Positions 19,935 to 30,547 of a DNA stretch of 64,000 nucleotides are shown piece by piece. Position 1 is the first letter of the stretch, and each line of letters opens with the position of its first letter. Position numbers and translations under genes: made by a program. The stretch covers positions 288,001 to 352,000 of the forward strand of contig CAVTWJ010000023.1 of the NCBI GenBank assembly GCA_963738405.1, in the 5' to 3' direction. The notes below the pieces were generated by a model. That model saw only the letters and a list, made by a program, of their open reading frames with translations, had not been told where the DNA came from and searched no databases. Source of the stretch: a candidate division FCPU426 bacterium. GTDB taxonomy: Bacteria > Oederibacteriota > Muellerivitia > Muellerivitales > Muellerivitaceae.

Positions 19935-21041
19935 CTAGGAGGACTCGCAGGCTTCAGCTCGAACCTGTCTTAAAGCTGAATAGATGACGGATGAAGGCAA
20001 GTTTTTCTGAATGCTAACAAGCCCTATTTTCCTTGTCAATATAAATTGGACTTTCCCATTCTTTGCTTTCTTATCCAATGTCATCTTTTTAAAGACACTT
20101 TTAATGTCAAAAGGCTTCAGTTTTGGTGTTAATCTCGCGCGTCTTAAAAGGTTCCATTGCTGGTCAACGGTTGCTTGGTTACAGAGTCCTTGTTTCAACG
20201 CCGCCAATGAGGCAAACCTCATACCAACGGCTATTGCTTCTCCATGGGTGATACTTCCAAATCGGTAGTACGCCTCCAAGGCATGACCCAAGGTGTGCCC
20301 GTAGTTCAGCCAAGCCCTGTTTCCAATTTCTCTTTCATCCTTTGAAACAATCGATGCTTTTATTTGACATGAACGAACAATGACGGTAAGAAGGGCTTTC
20401 GTTTCTAAGCGAAGGAGACTTTCCAAATTATTTTCTAAATAATTGAAAAAATGAGCGTCATAAATGACCCCATATTTGATTATTTCCGCCAAGCCAGTTC
20501 GAATATTTCTCGCATCCAAAGTTTTCAATACAAAAGGGTCAATGAAAACACTCACGGGTTGATAAAAAGTGCCAATTAAGTTTTTAATTCCCTCAAAATC
20601 TATACCATTTTTACCGCCTATACTTGCATCTACCTGAGCTAACAAGGTCGTGGGTACTTGCACAAAGGTAATTCCGCGCATGTAAATCGATGCAGCAAGT
20701 CCTGATAAATCTCCGACCACTCCACCCCCAAGAGCTAATAAACAAGAATCTCTTTGAAACCCCATTTTACGTAATTGTTTCAATATTGCGAAAAGGGTCT
20801 TCTCGTTTTTATAAAACTCTCCATCCTTGATAATAAATTGATCGGAAGGGATATTCTTTTTTTGAAAACCACGCCTCAGTAACTTGCCGTAATTTTCCAT
20901 TACTTTATCATTCGTAATGATCATGATTTTGGATGGATTTACATGTTTAATAATCCAAGAAGGGACGTCTTTGAGCAAACCGTTCCCGATTTGAATAGTA
21001 TAATTTCGGTCCGAGAGAGAGACCGGTATCGTTTTAGTCAT
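19935..21041 (-). CDS. aroB: 3-dehydroquinate synthase
   Basis: ALGGGVVGDL, QVPTTLLAQVDASIGGK, LNYGHTLGHA, HGEAI. Confidence 0.97.
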   Translation of the reverse strand: MTKTIPVSLSDRNYTIQIGNGLLKDVPSWIIKHVNPSKIMIITNDKVMENYGKLLRRGFQKKNIPSDQFIIKDGEFYKNEKTLFAILKQLRKMGFQRDSCLLALGGGVVGDLSGLAASIYMRGITFVQVPTTLLAQVDASIGGKNGIDFEGIKNLIGTFYQPVSVFIDPFVLKTLDARNIRTGLAEIIKYGVIYDAHFFNYLENNLESLLRLETKALLTVIVRSCQIKASIVSKDEREIGNRAWLNYGHTLGHALEAYYRFGSITHGEAIAVGMRFASLAALKQGLCNQATVDQQWNLLRRARLTPKLKPFDIKSVFKKMTLDKKAKNGKVQFILTRKIGLVSIQKNLPSSVIYSALRQVRAEACESS

Positions 21042-21141
21042 TTCCCCGTCTTCTTTTTTTGTTTTTTTCTAATCCAATTGGAGTGTAGATCAATAGTGAA
21101 AGTAAAGTTGACACTACAAGTAAACCTATAAAATAATATTT

Positions 21142-21693
21142 TCAAAGCGGCAATTGGGACAAATCAAACGGCTTTACCTTTAAAAAAGATTCGTATATTT
21201 CTGTCGCCACTTCCTTCGGTGTTTTCTTGTCAGTATCCACTTTAAAATGCGCTTGTGAATAAATGGGATTTCGTTCGGTCAACAAACTCGTGATTGATTC
21301 CAGCGGATGTTTGCTATTGGCCAAAATTGGTCTCTTGATAAGATTGTTTTCTACTCGGCTGAAACTTTGTTCCGGGGATACTCGAAGCCATACGCACCAG
21401 CCTAATTTCAAAAAGCCTTCTCTAAGATTTCGAGACAACCATGCACCGCCGCCAAGTGACATAACATGATGAGTTTTATCACTAACCCAGCTCAAGGCTT
21501 TTATTTCTTCCATCCTGAAATAATTCTCTCCCTTGGTTTCAAATATTTCACTCACTGTTTTTTTATTATTTTCCTCAATCCACTGGTCCATATCCCAATA
21601 ATGGAACCCTATTTTTTGAGATAGTTCTCTTCCAGTTGTTGACTTTCCCGAACCCATAAAACCCAAAAGGATAATGTTTTGCGGTAGACTCAT
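21142..21693 (-). CDS. aroK: Shikimate kinase
   Basis: LLGFMGSGKSTTG, GENYFR..E, SLGGG, RPIL. Confidence 0.95.
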   Translation of the reverse strand: MSLPQNIILLGFMGSGKSTTGRELSQKIGFHYWDMDQWIEENNKKTVSEIFETKGENYFRMEEIKALSWVSDKTHHVMSLGGGAWLSRNLREGFLKLGWCVWLRVSPEQSFSRVENNLIKRPILANSKHPLESITSLLTERNPIYSQAHFKVDTDKKTPKEVATEIYESFLKVKPFDLSQLPL

Positions 21694-21697
21694 AAAA

Positions 21698-22858
21698 TCA
21701 ATATGAAAGTAGATGATGCTTATAATTTTTGTACCTGCTCAAAATCTCACCCATAAAATCCCCACCCATTTTTTCTAAGAATGCATCAGCCAATACCCAG
21801 GCGGTTAAAGCCTCACCAATGACAGATGCGGCTGGCAAGGCACAGGTATCTGACCTTTCGTATGCCGCCTTAATCTCTTTCTTAGAGTTAATATCAACGG
21901 ACCTTAAGGGTTTTCGAAGAGTTGAAATCGGCTTTTTCGCGACACGAAGAATGATGGGTTCCCCGTTGGAGATCCCTCCCTCAATTCCACCAGCTCGGTT
22001 CGTGCGGTGATAAAACCCGATTCTTTTACGGTAAGCAATTTCATCATGCACTTGGGAGCCAAGTTTAACCGAATTTTCAAATCCGTTTCCTATTTCCACA
22101 CCCTTAACCGCCTGAAGGCTCATCAAGCTTTGAGTCAATCTCCCATCCAACTTTCTGTCCCATTGAACATGACTCCCTAACCCGACCGGAACTCCGGAAG
22201 CAACTACTTCAAAAATCCCTCCCAGGGTATCGCCTTTTTTCTGGGCGGCGTCAATAAATGTTATCGCTTTACGAGTTGCTCTGGAATCCAACATTCGCAC
22301 CGGGGATAAATCCGCTTTATGGTTAAGATTTTTTAAATTCAATTTCCGAAAAATGGATTTTATTGACCCCAATTGAACAACATGACTTTGAATTTGTATT
22401 CCAAAACAGGATAAAAATTGTTTTGCCACAGCCCCGGCGGCCACCCTAACCGTGGTTTCGCGGGCACTGGCCCTTTCCAAAATATTTCGAAGATCCCTTT
22501 CGTTATACTTTAAACCGCCCGGAAGGTCCGCATGGCCTGGGCGGGGCCTTATTAAAGGATTCCCCTTCTCCAGATTTAAGGGTTCTGGCGACATTATTTT
22601 TTCCCAATTGGAATAGTCTTTGTTTTTTACAAACAGGCTTATAGGGGACCCTAACGTAAGCCCTTTCCGAACTCCCGACAGGATCTCAACTTGATCCTTT
22701 TCAATAGCCATTCGGCCCCCCCGACCGTAACCTTTTTGTCGGCGGGAAAGTTCATGATTTATATTTTCAGCGGTTATTGGAAGATGCGCCGGAAAGCCCT
22801 CCAAAATCACCACTAATCCCTTGCCGTGCGATTCTCCAGCGGTTAAAAAACGAATCAC
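21698..22858 (-). CDS. aroC: Chorismate synthase
   Basis: TAGESHG, RRQKGYGRGGRM, PRPGHAD, ERASARET, NRAGGIEGG, ERSD. Confidence 0.97.
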   Translation of the reverse strand: MIRFLTAGESHGKGLVVILEGFPAHLPITAENINHELSRRQKGYGRGGRMAIEKDQVEILSGVRKGLTLGSPISLFVKNKDYSNWEKIMSPEPLNLEKGNPLIRPRPGHADLPGGLKYNERDLRNILERASARETTVRVAAGAVAKQFLSCFGIQIQSHVVQLGSIKSIFRKLNLKNLNHKADLSPVRMLDSRATRKAITFIDAAQKKGDTLGGIFEVVASGVPVGLGSHVQWDRKLDGRLTQSLMSLQAVKGVEIGNGFENSVKLGSQVHDEIAYRKRIGFYHRTNRAGGIEGGISNGEPIILRVAKKPISTLRKPLRSVDINSKKEIKAAYERSDTCALPAASVIGEALTAWVLADAFLEKMGGDFMGEILSRYKNYKHHLLSY

Positions 22859-22918
22859 GAGAATACTCCGAAAGAATTATGCGTAACCTAAATGAATCTT
22901 AAAGAAAGAATTGGCGGT

Positions 22919-25300
22919 TCAATCTTCCATAAGGGTTGGAGTGATGAAAATAACCAACTCCACCTTTGACAAAGTGTGAGAATGATCCTGGAAAAGAGCT
23001 CCGATAATCGGGAGACTTGATAACAACGGTACACCACTAATCGTATCAGTCATGGTTTGCCTCATTAAACCACCAATAACAATTGTTTCTCCGTTTTTAG
23101 TTGTCAAGGTGGTGTTAGCCGTTTCCACCGACGTTGGAGGAGGTGCTCCTTGAGCAAGAGCAATTCCCGTTTGGCTCGTAATTGAGGCGTTAATGATGGA
23201 TGTAATGCGTCCATCATCTGTAATTCGCGGAGTAACTTTTAAATCAATGGGCAAGGGCAAATTTGTGAAGGTGGTAGTAAATTGTGCACCACTACCCTGA
23301 ACTAAAGTTTCTGTTGTTGTGGTTAGCACGACGTTTTCAACAACATTAATTTCCGCTGGAATACCACTCCCCGTCGCAATTTTTGGTTTTGAAATAATTT
23401 TACCTTTGTTGTGATTTTCAAGTGCCTCTATGGTCGCATTGATATTCAACCCGCTTCGAATAGTTCCGAACTGAAAACTCGGCGGAGCCGCGCCTGGAGC
23501 GGGCAAACTCACCGCACCATTAAAAGTTGGATCGCCAACATTTCGTTGTATTTGCCAATTGACACCCATATTCAGGTCATTTTCATCATCAACTTCGACA
23601 ATATTCGATTCAATTAAAACCTGAGGAATTTTGATATCAAATTCCTTTATGAGTTCCAACAACACCCCCATATTGCTGGCAACTTCCCAAATCACCAGAC
23701 TATTGGTTCTTGCATCCGTCTGGACCCTCCCAACGGGAGTTAAATAAGGCGTTAAAATGCCAGCGGCGGTTCCAGGATCAGAGTAATTCAATTTAACAAC
23801 CTTCGTGATTCTGTCGCTGGTTGTTCCTTCATCCAATTTCAGGTCCTGAATGGCATTTTTATAATCTTCAATATCAGCAGCGGTTCCATTGAGAATCAAA
23901 ACATTACGAACAGTATCTACTGAAGTAGCCACGGCATTAGTCGGCTTAAGAATTGATCGTACCAAAGTGTTAAATTGAGCCGGTGTCATGCCACCGGATG
24001 GGCTTAAGATTTCTATCACATGCGGCATGATAGCCTTTTGGGAAACGATACTCGCCTGCGCCCCAATACGGATCGTATTACCTTGAATATCATAAGCATA
24101 GGCGCCAGGGGCAAGAAGAATGGCCAATGCCGTTTTTAATGGGACATCTTTAAATTTTTCGTTTACGGTTCCAGCCAAACTTCCGCCGATGAAATCCACG
24201 TCAAACCCCGCTTCACTCGTTAGCGTCTTAACCACAACATTTAAATCGGCGTTATCTATATCTAAAGATACCAGTTGATTAAGGTTCCCTTTTTTTTCAA
24301 CCGCCACAGCTACCGGCTCCGGTGCGGTTAAGGTAATAACAACCTGATTCAAATTACGATCCACTTCATAAACCGTTCCTGGCAATAGGGTTAAAAGAGC
24401 TTCGGAAATAGGCGAAAAGACAGGCGGAAGTTGGCGCATTTCCAGGGAAATCAGCCCGCCCTTCTTAAGCTCTACATCGTCATTCTTGAATCTTTTTTCT
24501 TTATCGGCTATTTCCAACCGAGTGTTTAAAAAATGGACGATCAGTTTATCTGGCTGCGATAATTTTCGAACAACATATTTAGAGGGTCCATCGGAGGTCA
24601 AAATAAGTTTTATACCATTTTCAATCGGTTTCACTGATGTTTCGATTAATCTGGAAGAGTTTTTAGAATCCGTTCCTGAAGTTTCGGCGGAAACTGCCGA
24701 AGGGGTTGATAAAGGAACATTCGCTGAAGAGGCTGTCTCTTTATTATTAAGCGTAGTGTCCTTAGAAGATTCAGAAAGGGCGAAATTAACAAGAATGTCG
24801 TCTGATTCTTTTGTCCAAGACCAACTCCCCAAACCATTATTATCCAACACCACCCAAGCGGTTCCCTGATGATCGGACGAACGTATCGACGGGACCAAGG
24901 GGTTCCCGGTTATAATTTTTGATTTTATTTCCAATTTTGTGTTTTCTAATTTTATGAGAATTCTTCCCCGAGATATCCTTGAAATGGTTGGATCCGAAAG
25001 TTTCGTTCCCGCAAGCACTAAAACCAAAGTTTTCTCTTTGGCCACTAAGCTAACTTTCTCCAATACGGTTTCCGGCGAAAGTTGTTTTTTACTTTCTGAT
25101 TTTTGGACCATTTGCCCATCACTTAGGGAAACCGATTTTGCGGACGAAGGCGGTACGGGTGTCGGTTTTGAGGAAGTGCTGGCGGTTCCGCCCAAATCGA
25201 TATCGATTGAATCTCCAGCGAATGATACTTCTAACCCGGGCCAAAACAACAACAACCCGATTATCAAAGCCGGAAGTTTGAATTTTATTTTAAAAAACAT
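22919..25300 (-). CDS. pilQ: Type IV pilus secretin
   Basis: Signal peptide, AMIN-like N-terminal region, DARTNSLVI, PQVLIESNIVEV, GETIVIGGL, GVPLLSSLPIIGALF, ELVIFITP. Confidence 0.9.
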   Translation of the reverse strand: MFFKIKFKLPALIIGLLLFWPGLEVSFAGDSIDIDLGGTASTSSKPTPVPPSSAKSVSLSDGQMVQKSESKKQLSPETVLEKVSLVAKEKTLVLVLAGTKLSDPTISRISRGRILIKLENTKLEIKSKIITGNPLVPSIRSSDHQGTAWVVLDNNGLGSWSWTKESDDILVNFALSESSKDTTLNNKETASSANVPLSTPSAVSAETSGTDSKNSSRLIETSVKPIENGIKLILTSDGPSKYVVRKLSQPDKLIVHFLNTRLEIADKEKRFKNDDVELKKGGLISLEMRQLPPVFSPISEALLTLLPGTVYEVDRNLNQVVITLTAPEPVAVAVEKKGNLNQLVSLDIDNADLNVVVKTLTSEAGFDVDFIGGSLAGTVNEKFKDVPLKTALAILLAPGAYAYDIQGNTIRIGAQASIVSQKAIMPHVIEILSPSGGMTPAQFNTLVRSILKPTNAVATSVDTVRNVLILNGTAADIEDYKNAIQDLKLDEGTTSDRITKVVKLNYSDPGTAAGILTPYLTPVGRVQTDARTNSLVIWEVASNMGVLLELIKEFDIKIPQVLIESNIVEVDDENDLNMGVNWQIQRNVGDPTFNGAVSLPAPGAAPPSFQFGTIRSGLNINATIEALENHNKGKIISKPKIATGSGIPAEINVVENVVLTTTTETLVQGSGAQFTTTFTNLPLPIDLKVTPRITDDGRITSIINASITSQTGIALAQGAPPPTSVETANTTLTTKNGETIVIGGLMRQTMTDTISGVPLLSSLPIIGALFQDHSHTLSKVELVIFITPTLMED

Positions 25301-25313
25301 TTAGGCCGCTCCT

Positions 25314-25736
25314 TTACCGCGGATAAACGATTCTTTGATCCCCCTGAGTGACCACAACTTTCGAATCCGAAATATCCCCAACAACTCCGTCCACCACTCT
25401 ACCATTTCCGTCTAAAAGCACTCGATCTTTCAAAGTATAACGAACAATCGGGTTTCCTCTCCAGGTAAACAACGCCATACTCGAATCCCCTAATCGGATG
25501 ACGCCATGGTAGTCCAACTCGGACAAGGTCAATTGCGGGGAACGAGTGACGTTATCCAATGGTTTAAATGGGTCCCGCCCATTAAAAGTCGGAATATAAG
25601 GAGCTTGAATAGAAAAATTAATAAACAGCGGCTCCGGAACATCTTGTTGTTGAGCGGTCAGAAGTTGGAAGGAAATCATCAAAGTTAGCAACAATATATA
25701 AAGGATTTCTTTTTTGTAATTTCGAAAGGATTTCAT
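25314..25736 (-). CDS. pilP: PilP-like protein
   Basis: GRDPFKPL motif; lies between pilO and pilQ; ATGA overlap with the pilO stop. Confidence 0.6.
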   Translation of the reverse strand: MKSFRNYKKEILYILLLTLMISFQLLTAQQQDVPEPLFINFSIQAPYIPTFNGRDPFKPLDNVTRSPQLTLSELDYHGVIRLGDSSMALFTWRGNPIVRYTLKDRVLLDGNGRVVDGVVGDISDSKVVVTQGDQRIVYPR

Positions 25737-26284
25737 GATTTTCCCTGAATTCCGCAAATGGTTAATTGGGTAGAAAGGGTAAAGTCGGGTTGGGTCGGAT
25801 CAGCGAAGGGCGTAATGACAATATCCCTTACTGTCAGAAGTTGGCTAGAAACACTTACTTGATAAAGAAAATTCAGCAGCCCTTTATAGCTTGAATTAAA
25901 CCTGACAGTGATGGGAACTTCCACCCACGAATCACGAGTAACATTACTCGCAGAAAATTGAAAATTCGTAGTAACGACATTCGAGTTTTTTTGGACTAGG
26001 TTCACATTTTCCATGAGTTTAATTTTATCGATGGATTGAGGGATTCTGCTTTGAAGCCATTCCAACTCCCGTTGGACAGAATCTTCCCTCTTCTTGAACT
26101 CAACATATTTGGAGACTATTTTCTTCGCTTCATCCAAATCTTTATTCTTTTGATCGAGGGTTGATTGCAACTGAACGATTTCCACATTGATAGGCTTTAG
26201 CATTAATTGATAATAGCCAAAAACAACCATCAAAAAGCCCGCCAGGGCCAATATTAACCATTGATAGGGACGTGTCAATTTCAT
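25733..26284 (-). CDS. pilO: Type IV pilus assembly protein PilO
   Basis: TM + coiled coil + EVPITVRFNSSYKGLLNFL; synteny. Confidence 0.85.
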   Translation of the reverse strand: MKLTRPYQWLILALAGFLMVVFGYYQLMLKPINVEIVQLQSTLDQKNKDLDEAKKIVSKYVEFKKREDSVQRELEWLQSRIPQSIDKIKLMENVNLVQKNSNVVTTNFQFSASNVTRDSWVEVPITVRFNSSYKGLLNFLYQVSVSSQLLTVRDIVITPFADPTQPDFTLSTQLTICGIQGKS

Positions 26285-26847
26285 GAGGGAGTATCCACTA
26301 GTTTGGTAATAATTTGAAATTGATGAATCGACTTGTTGTTTCCAACCGCGGCACTTACCGACATCAGGTTCAACGTGGATGCCGTGAAAATACTGCCCGG
26401 TTTTTGGAAAGAATTGTAAAACTCTTCGAGGCTTGCGCCGCTAAAGGAATATCCTTGAAGAGTAAAGGTGCCGTTATCTTTATCTTTACCCTGAGTTATT
26501 CCAGTGAGCCAAACCCCGTCAGGAATTTTCGAGGCGATAACGTCCAAAGCACAAATCGCTTTTCTTTGAGAATCGGTGATAGTTTTGAGTGTTTTTTTTA
26601 TCCCTTCAAGGCTTGTTTCTTTAGCCTGAAGATCTTTAATTTCATTGATTTTTTCTGAATAACTTTTTGATTCCTCATCCACCTGCTGAATCTTATTTTT
26701 CAAGTCGGTTTTGACACCTAAACGCAACCCATAGATCCAAGCCATCATTAACACCAGCAAAAACAACCCGGCCATCACGCAGGCGATAAGGAAAAATTCT
26801 TGTCTTTTTTTCTTTTCTTTTACAGGTATGAGGTTAATTCGAATCAT
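26281..26847 (-). CDS. pilN: Type IV pilus assembly protein PilN
   Basis: MIRINLIP (INLLP motif), TM, IPDGVWLTGI. Confidence 0.9.
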   Translation of the reverse strand: MIRINLIPVKEKKKRQEFFLIACVMAGLFLLVLMMAWIYGLRLGVKTDLKNKIQQVDEESKSYSEKINEIKDLQAKETSLEGIKKTLKTITDSQRKAICALDVIASKIPDGVWLTGITQGKDKDNGTFTLQGYSFSGASLEEFYNSFQKPGSIFTASTLNLMSVSAAVGNNKSIHQFQIITKLVDTPS

Positions 26848-27963
26848 TTAAGGTTCCATCTGCCGCAAGGCCAATCCCAAACAAACCCCCAATTGAAAAT
26901 CTTTTTCAGCCAATTGTTCCGAATCGATACCTTTTCCAACCTCGATATTTCTAAATGGGGCAAAATGCTCAACGGGGATTCCAAGTTTGCTGGCCAAGAA
27001 CCGATTAACATTTTTTAGTTTTGTACTCCCGCCCAGCAAAATCACCCTTTCCACGTTCTTTTTTCGAGACTGGGTTTCATAATAATCAAAAGACCTTCTT
27101 ATTTCGCTCAACAGCTTGTTTAAAACCGGAGTCATCACATCCGACATCCGAAGAACCCGATCATCCTTCTGTGCGGCGCTGGATAAACTAAAATCATCTT
27201 CTTCCATTGAAATCATTCCGTGGGACCTTTTCAGTTCCTCAGCTTCCGAAAATTGTATATTAAATTCTTTTTGAATTTCCTTCGTAAAATCATTTCCCGC
27301 AACAGGGATGTCCCTGGTAAACCGGGTGTTGTTTCCTTCCAAAATATTAATAGTTGTCAAAGAAGCGCCTATATTGATCAAAGCTACTGTCTCATCGTTC
27401 GTTTCGGCTCGATTAACTTCATAAGCATTTTCCAAAGCAAAGGCATCGACATCGATCACCGTTGGGGTTAAACCAGCTGATTTTAGAAGACTCAAATGTT
27501 GATCGACCACATCTACCTTCGCAGCCACCAGCAAAACGTCTAATTTCTTTTGGCCATCCTCTTGAATTTCACCAAGAATTTGGAAGTCCAGCACCACTTG
27601 ATCTAAATTAAGGGGAATATATTGTTCGGCTTCTCTTGGGATAGCTCCCCGCAATTCATCGGCGGTCATAAATGGGAGTTTGACATAACGGATAATGACC
27701 GAATCCCCAGAAAGTGATGTCACAACTCTTTTTGATTTTATCCCATTTTCTTTGAACAATTTTTTGATGACATCGACTAAAACAGGCTTTGAGGATCCTT
27801 GGCCGGCAGCGCCCTGAGCTTCTTTAGGTATTTCTTGGATGCCTAAAGTCATTAAATTCCATTGATTGCCGTTTTTTTTCAGGTGAATAGCCTTAACACT
27901 CGAAGTACCGATATCAAGGCCTACAATAGACTTGGTAAACAAACTCATTAGGAAAAACCCCAT
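26848..27963 (-). CDS. pilM: Type IV pilus assembly protein PilM (start may be 27948)
   Basis: VGLDIGTSSVK, EAEQYIP, LDFQILG, IDVDAFAL, EIRRSFDYY, GLALR. Confidence 0.95.
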   Translation of the reverse strand: MGFFLMSLFTKSIVGLDIGTSSVKAIHLKKNGNQWNLMTLGIQEIPKEAQGAAGQGSSKPVLVDVIKKLFKENGIKSKRVVTSLSGDSVIIRYVKLPFMTADELRGAIPREAEQYIPLNLDQVVLDFQILGEIQEDGQKKLDVLLVAAKVDVVDQHLSLLKSAGLTPTVIDVDAFALENAYEVNRAETNDETVALINIGASLTTINILEGNNTRFTRDIPVAGNDFTKEIQKEFNIQFSEAEELKRSHGMISMEEDDFSLSSAAQKDDRVLRMSDVMTPVLNKLLSEIRRSFDYYETQSRKKNVERVILLGGSTKLKNVNRFLASKLGIPVEHFAPFRNIEVGKGIDSEQLAEKDFQLGVCLGLALRQMEP

Positions 27964-28209
27964 GTATAGTCGAAATTAAACAAGAACCACAACCAATTGC
28001 TATTATCTATTGTGGAATCAGAAACAGTAAAGAGCAGAAAATGAACCACTGAATAAAATATTAACGTTTTATTGACAATTTATTAAGAACCTGCATTTTT
28101 CCATCAATTTAAAGGGGTATTTCTATAGTTTTAAACTGCCGTATTGCTTAAGAAATCCACTTAATTAATTGTCAAATTTGAGCAATAAAATCAACAGGAA
28201 TAAAGTGAA

Positions 28210-29427
28210 TTAACCCGCCAAGTTACCTAATTCAAACATGGGCATAAACATAGCCACAACAATAAAACCCAGGGTTACCCCCAAAAACACGATTAAAATC
28301 GGCTCAATAATGGAGGTCATTCCCTCAACAGCGGCATCAACTTCTTCTTCATAAAAGTCGGCGATTTTGGAAAGCATGGCATCTAATGCTCCCGTTTCTT
28401 CCCCGACATTAATCATTTGGGTAACCATTGCAGGGAAGACATTGCTTTCTCTTAAAGGCTGGGTCAGGGTCTTACCTTCCCTAACAGAATCCCTTGCGTT
28501 ATTGACCGCCCTTTCCACCACTAAATTTCCGGCTGTTTTTGCCACAGTCTCTAAAGCATCCATGATTGGAACACCCGATTTAATAAGGGTTCCTAAGGTT
28601 CTGGCAAACTTAGCAACTGCGCTTTTTCGTACCAAGACCCCAAAAACAGGTAATTTTAATATCATCAGATCCCAATTATAGGCTCCGGTTTTCGTCTTAC
28701 GCCATAGTGTAACGACAACATAAACAGCAACCAAAAAGGCAAGTAAAAAAACAGCCTTTGCGCTTGAAAGAAAATTACTAAGATCAATAACCAATTGGGT
28801 TGGAAGGGGCAGTTTCGCTCCAAACCCCTTAAACACGTCGGCGAAAGTGGGAACCACTTTGATCATCAAGAAAACCACCACCAAAATGGCAACCGTAAAT
28901 ACCACAATGGGGTACATCATGGCCGATTTAACTTTCCTCGTTACCCCTTCAGCCTTTTCCATGTATTCGGATAATCGTTCGAAAATGATGTCCAAAATAC
29001 CGCCCTGCTCCCCCGCCTTAACCATATTGACGTAGAGAGTGGTAAAGGCTTTCGGATGTTTCGCCATTGCCTCAGACAAAGGAATCCCATTGGCGATATC
29101 GTCTCGAATTTTTGTCATCACATGGCGAAAATCAGGATTTTCAGCCTGTTCCGCCACAATACTCAAACCCTGCATGATGGGGAGCCCGGCGTTAACCATG
29201 GTCGAAAATTGACGGCTAAATACAACGATATCTTTTGTGGTAACTTTACCGCCTTTTTTTGTTAAAGCGGATAGGAAAGTGGCTAGCCCACTAGCGGCAG
29301 ATATGGATGTTACTTCAAGCCTTTTTTGGCGAAGCTCGGATTTTGCGGATGATTCACTATCCGCATCGATGGTCCCTTCAATTATTTTTCCGAGATTATT
29401 TTTGGCTTTGTAAGTAAAGGTGGGCAT
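28210..29427 (-). CDS. pilC: Type IV pilus platform protein PilC (GspF family)
   Basis: FSRQFSTMVNAGLP, AGEQGGILD, SAMMYP, GEETGALD, IEPILIV. Confidence 0.95.
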   Translation of the reverse strand: MPTFTYKAKNNLGKIIEGTIDADSESSAKSELRQKRLEVTSISAASGLATFLSALTKKGGKVTTKDIVVFSRQFSTMVNAGLPIMQGLSIVAEQAENPDFRHVMTKIRDDIANGIPLSEAMAKHPKAFTTLYVNMVKAGEQGGILDIIFERLSEYMEKAEGVTRKVKSAMMYPIVVFTVAILVVVFLMIKVVPTFADVFKGFGAKLPLPTQLVIDLSNFLSSAKAVFLLAFLVAVYVVVTLWRKTKTGAYNWDLMILKLPVFGVLVRKSAVAKFARTLGTLIKSGVPIMDALETVAKTAGNLVVERAVNNARDSVREGKTLTQPLRESNVFPAMVTQMINVGEETGALDAMLSKIADFYEEEVDAAVEGMTSIIEPILIVFLGVTLGFIVVAMFMPMFELGNLAG

Positions 29428-29447
29428 TTAAGATTCCTCAAGGGCGG

Positions 29448-30512
29448 TCAAATGACACCCTTTACCATGCGTTGCAATTCTTTGGGATCTAAGGTTCGAG
29501 AAAAAATCTCGTTATAGCTCACTAATTGTTTCTGATAGAGTTCAAAAAGAGCTTGATTCATCGTTTGCATCCCATATTCGGTCCCCGTTTGCATCGCAGA
29601 ATAAATTTGATGAATCTTTTCCTCGCGTATTAAATTTCTAACGGCCGCGGTCGGAATGAGTACTTCAACGGAAATAACACGGCCCGAACCATAGGCTTTG
29701 GGCAAGAGTTGTTGAGACAGGACTGCCTGAAGGACGAAGGATATTTGCGCCCGGACCTGCTGCTGCTGGGAGGCGGGAAAAACGTCGATAATGCGGTTGA
29801 TGGTCTGAATGGAATCCACCGTATGCAAGGTGGCGAAAACCAAGTGACCCGTTTCAGCGATAGTCAAAGCCGCATTGATGGTTTCCAAGTCGCGCATTTC
29901 ACCGATGAGAATGACATCCGGGTCTTGCCGCAGCGCGTACTTTAACGCAGAGGTGAAAGAGTGGGTGTCGGTCCCCACTTCCCGTTGATTCACGATTGAG
30001 GACTTGTGCGTGTGAACATATTCAATCGGGTCCTCAATCGTCATGATGTGGTGCTGATGATTGGTGTTAATCCAATCGATCATCGCCGCCAAAGTTGAGG
30101 ATTTTCCGGAGCCGGTAGGTCCGGTCACCAAAACGAGTCCTTTCGGCAATTTAACAATATCTTGCGCCACCGGCGGAAGCTTTAATTCCTCGAAACTCCG
30201 GATGGTGGTTGGAATATTACGCAAGGCGGCCGCAACCGCTCCTCTTTGCTGATAAACGTTCATGCGAACCCGGCCCACGCCCTCTACGCCAAAGGAAACG
30301 TCTAATTCATTGTCTTTTTCAAACTTTTCTTTTTGTTCGTCCGTGAGAATGCTGTAAATCAACTGCTGGGTTGTGTCGGGCCGGAGCTTTTCATATTCCG
30401 TCGGGGTAATAACACCATCCACCCTGAGCATGGGGGGGGCCCCTGCCGTGATATGCAGATCGGAAGCTCCCCGCTCAAACATGAGCCTCAATAACGTGTC
30501 AATATTAACCAT
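29448..30512 (-). CDS. pilT: Twitching motility retraction ATPase
   Basis: GASDLH, GPTGSGKS, TIEDPIE, ALRQDPDVILIGEMRD, AVRNLIRE. Confidence 0.96.
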   Translation of the reverse strand: MVNIDTLLRLMFERGASDLHITAGAPPMLRVDGVITPTEYEKLRPDTTQQLIYSILTDEQKEKFEKDNELDVSFGVEGVGRVRMNVYQQRGAVAAALRNIPTTIRSFEELKLPPVAQDIVKLPKGLVLVTGPTGSGKSSTLAAMIDWINTNHQHHIMTIEDPIEYVHTHKSSIVNQREVGTDTHSFTSALKYALRQDPDVILIGEMRDLETINAALTIAETGHLVFATLHTVDSIQTINRIIDVFPASQQQQVRAQISFVLQAVLSQQLLPKAYGSGRVISVEVLIPTAAVRNLIREEKIHQIYSAMQTGTEYGMQTMNQALFELYQKQLVSYNEIFSRTLDPKELQRMVKGVI

Positions 30513-30547
30513 GTTGTCCTCTGCTCCTTGTTATGGATAATGCCTTC

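Noticed and set aside
22861..22890. Possible dif site (TTATGCGTAAC)
   Set aside because: Only a XerC-like half-site; no XerD arm at the right spacing.
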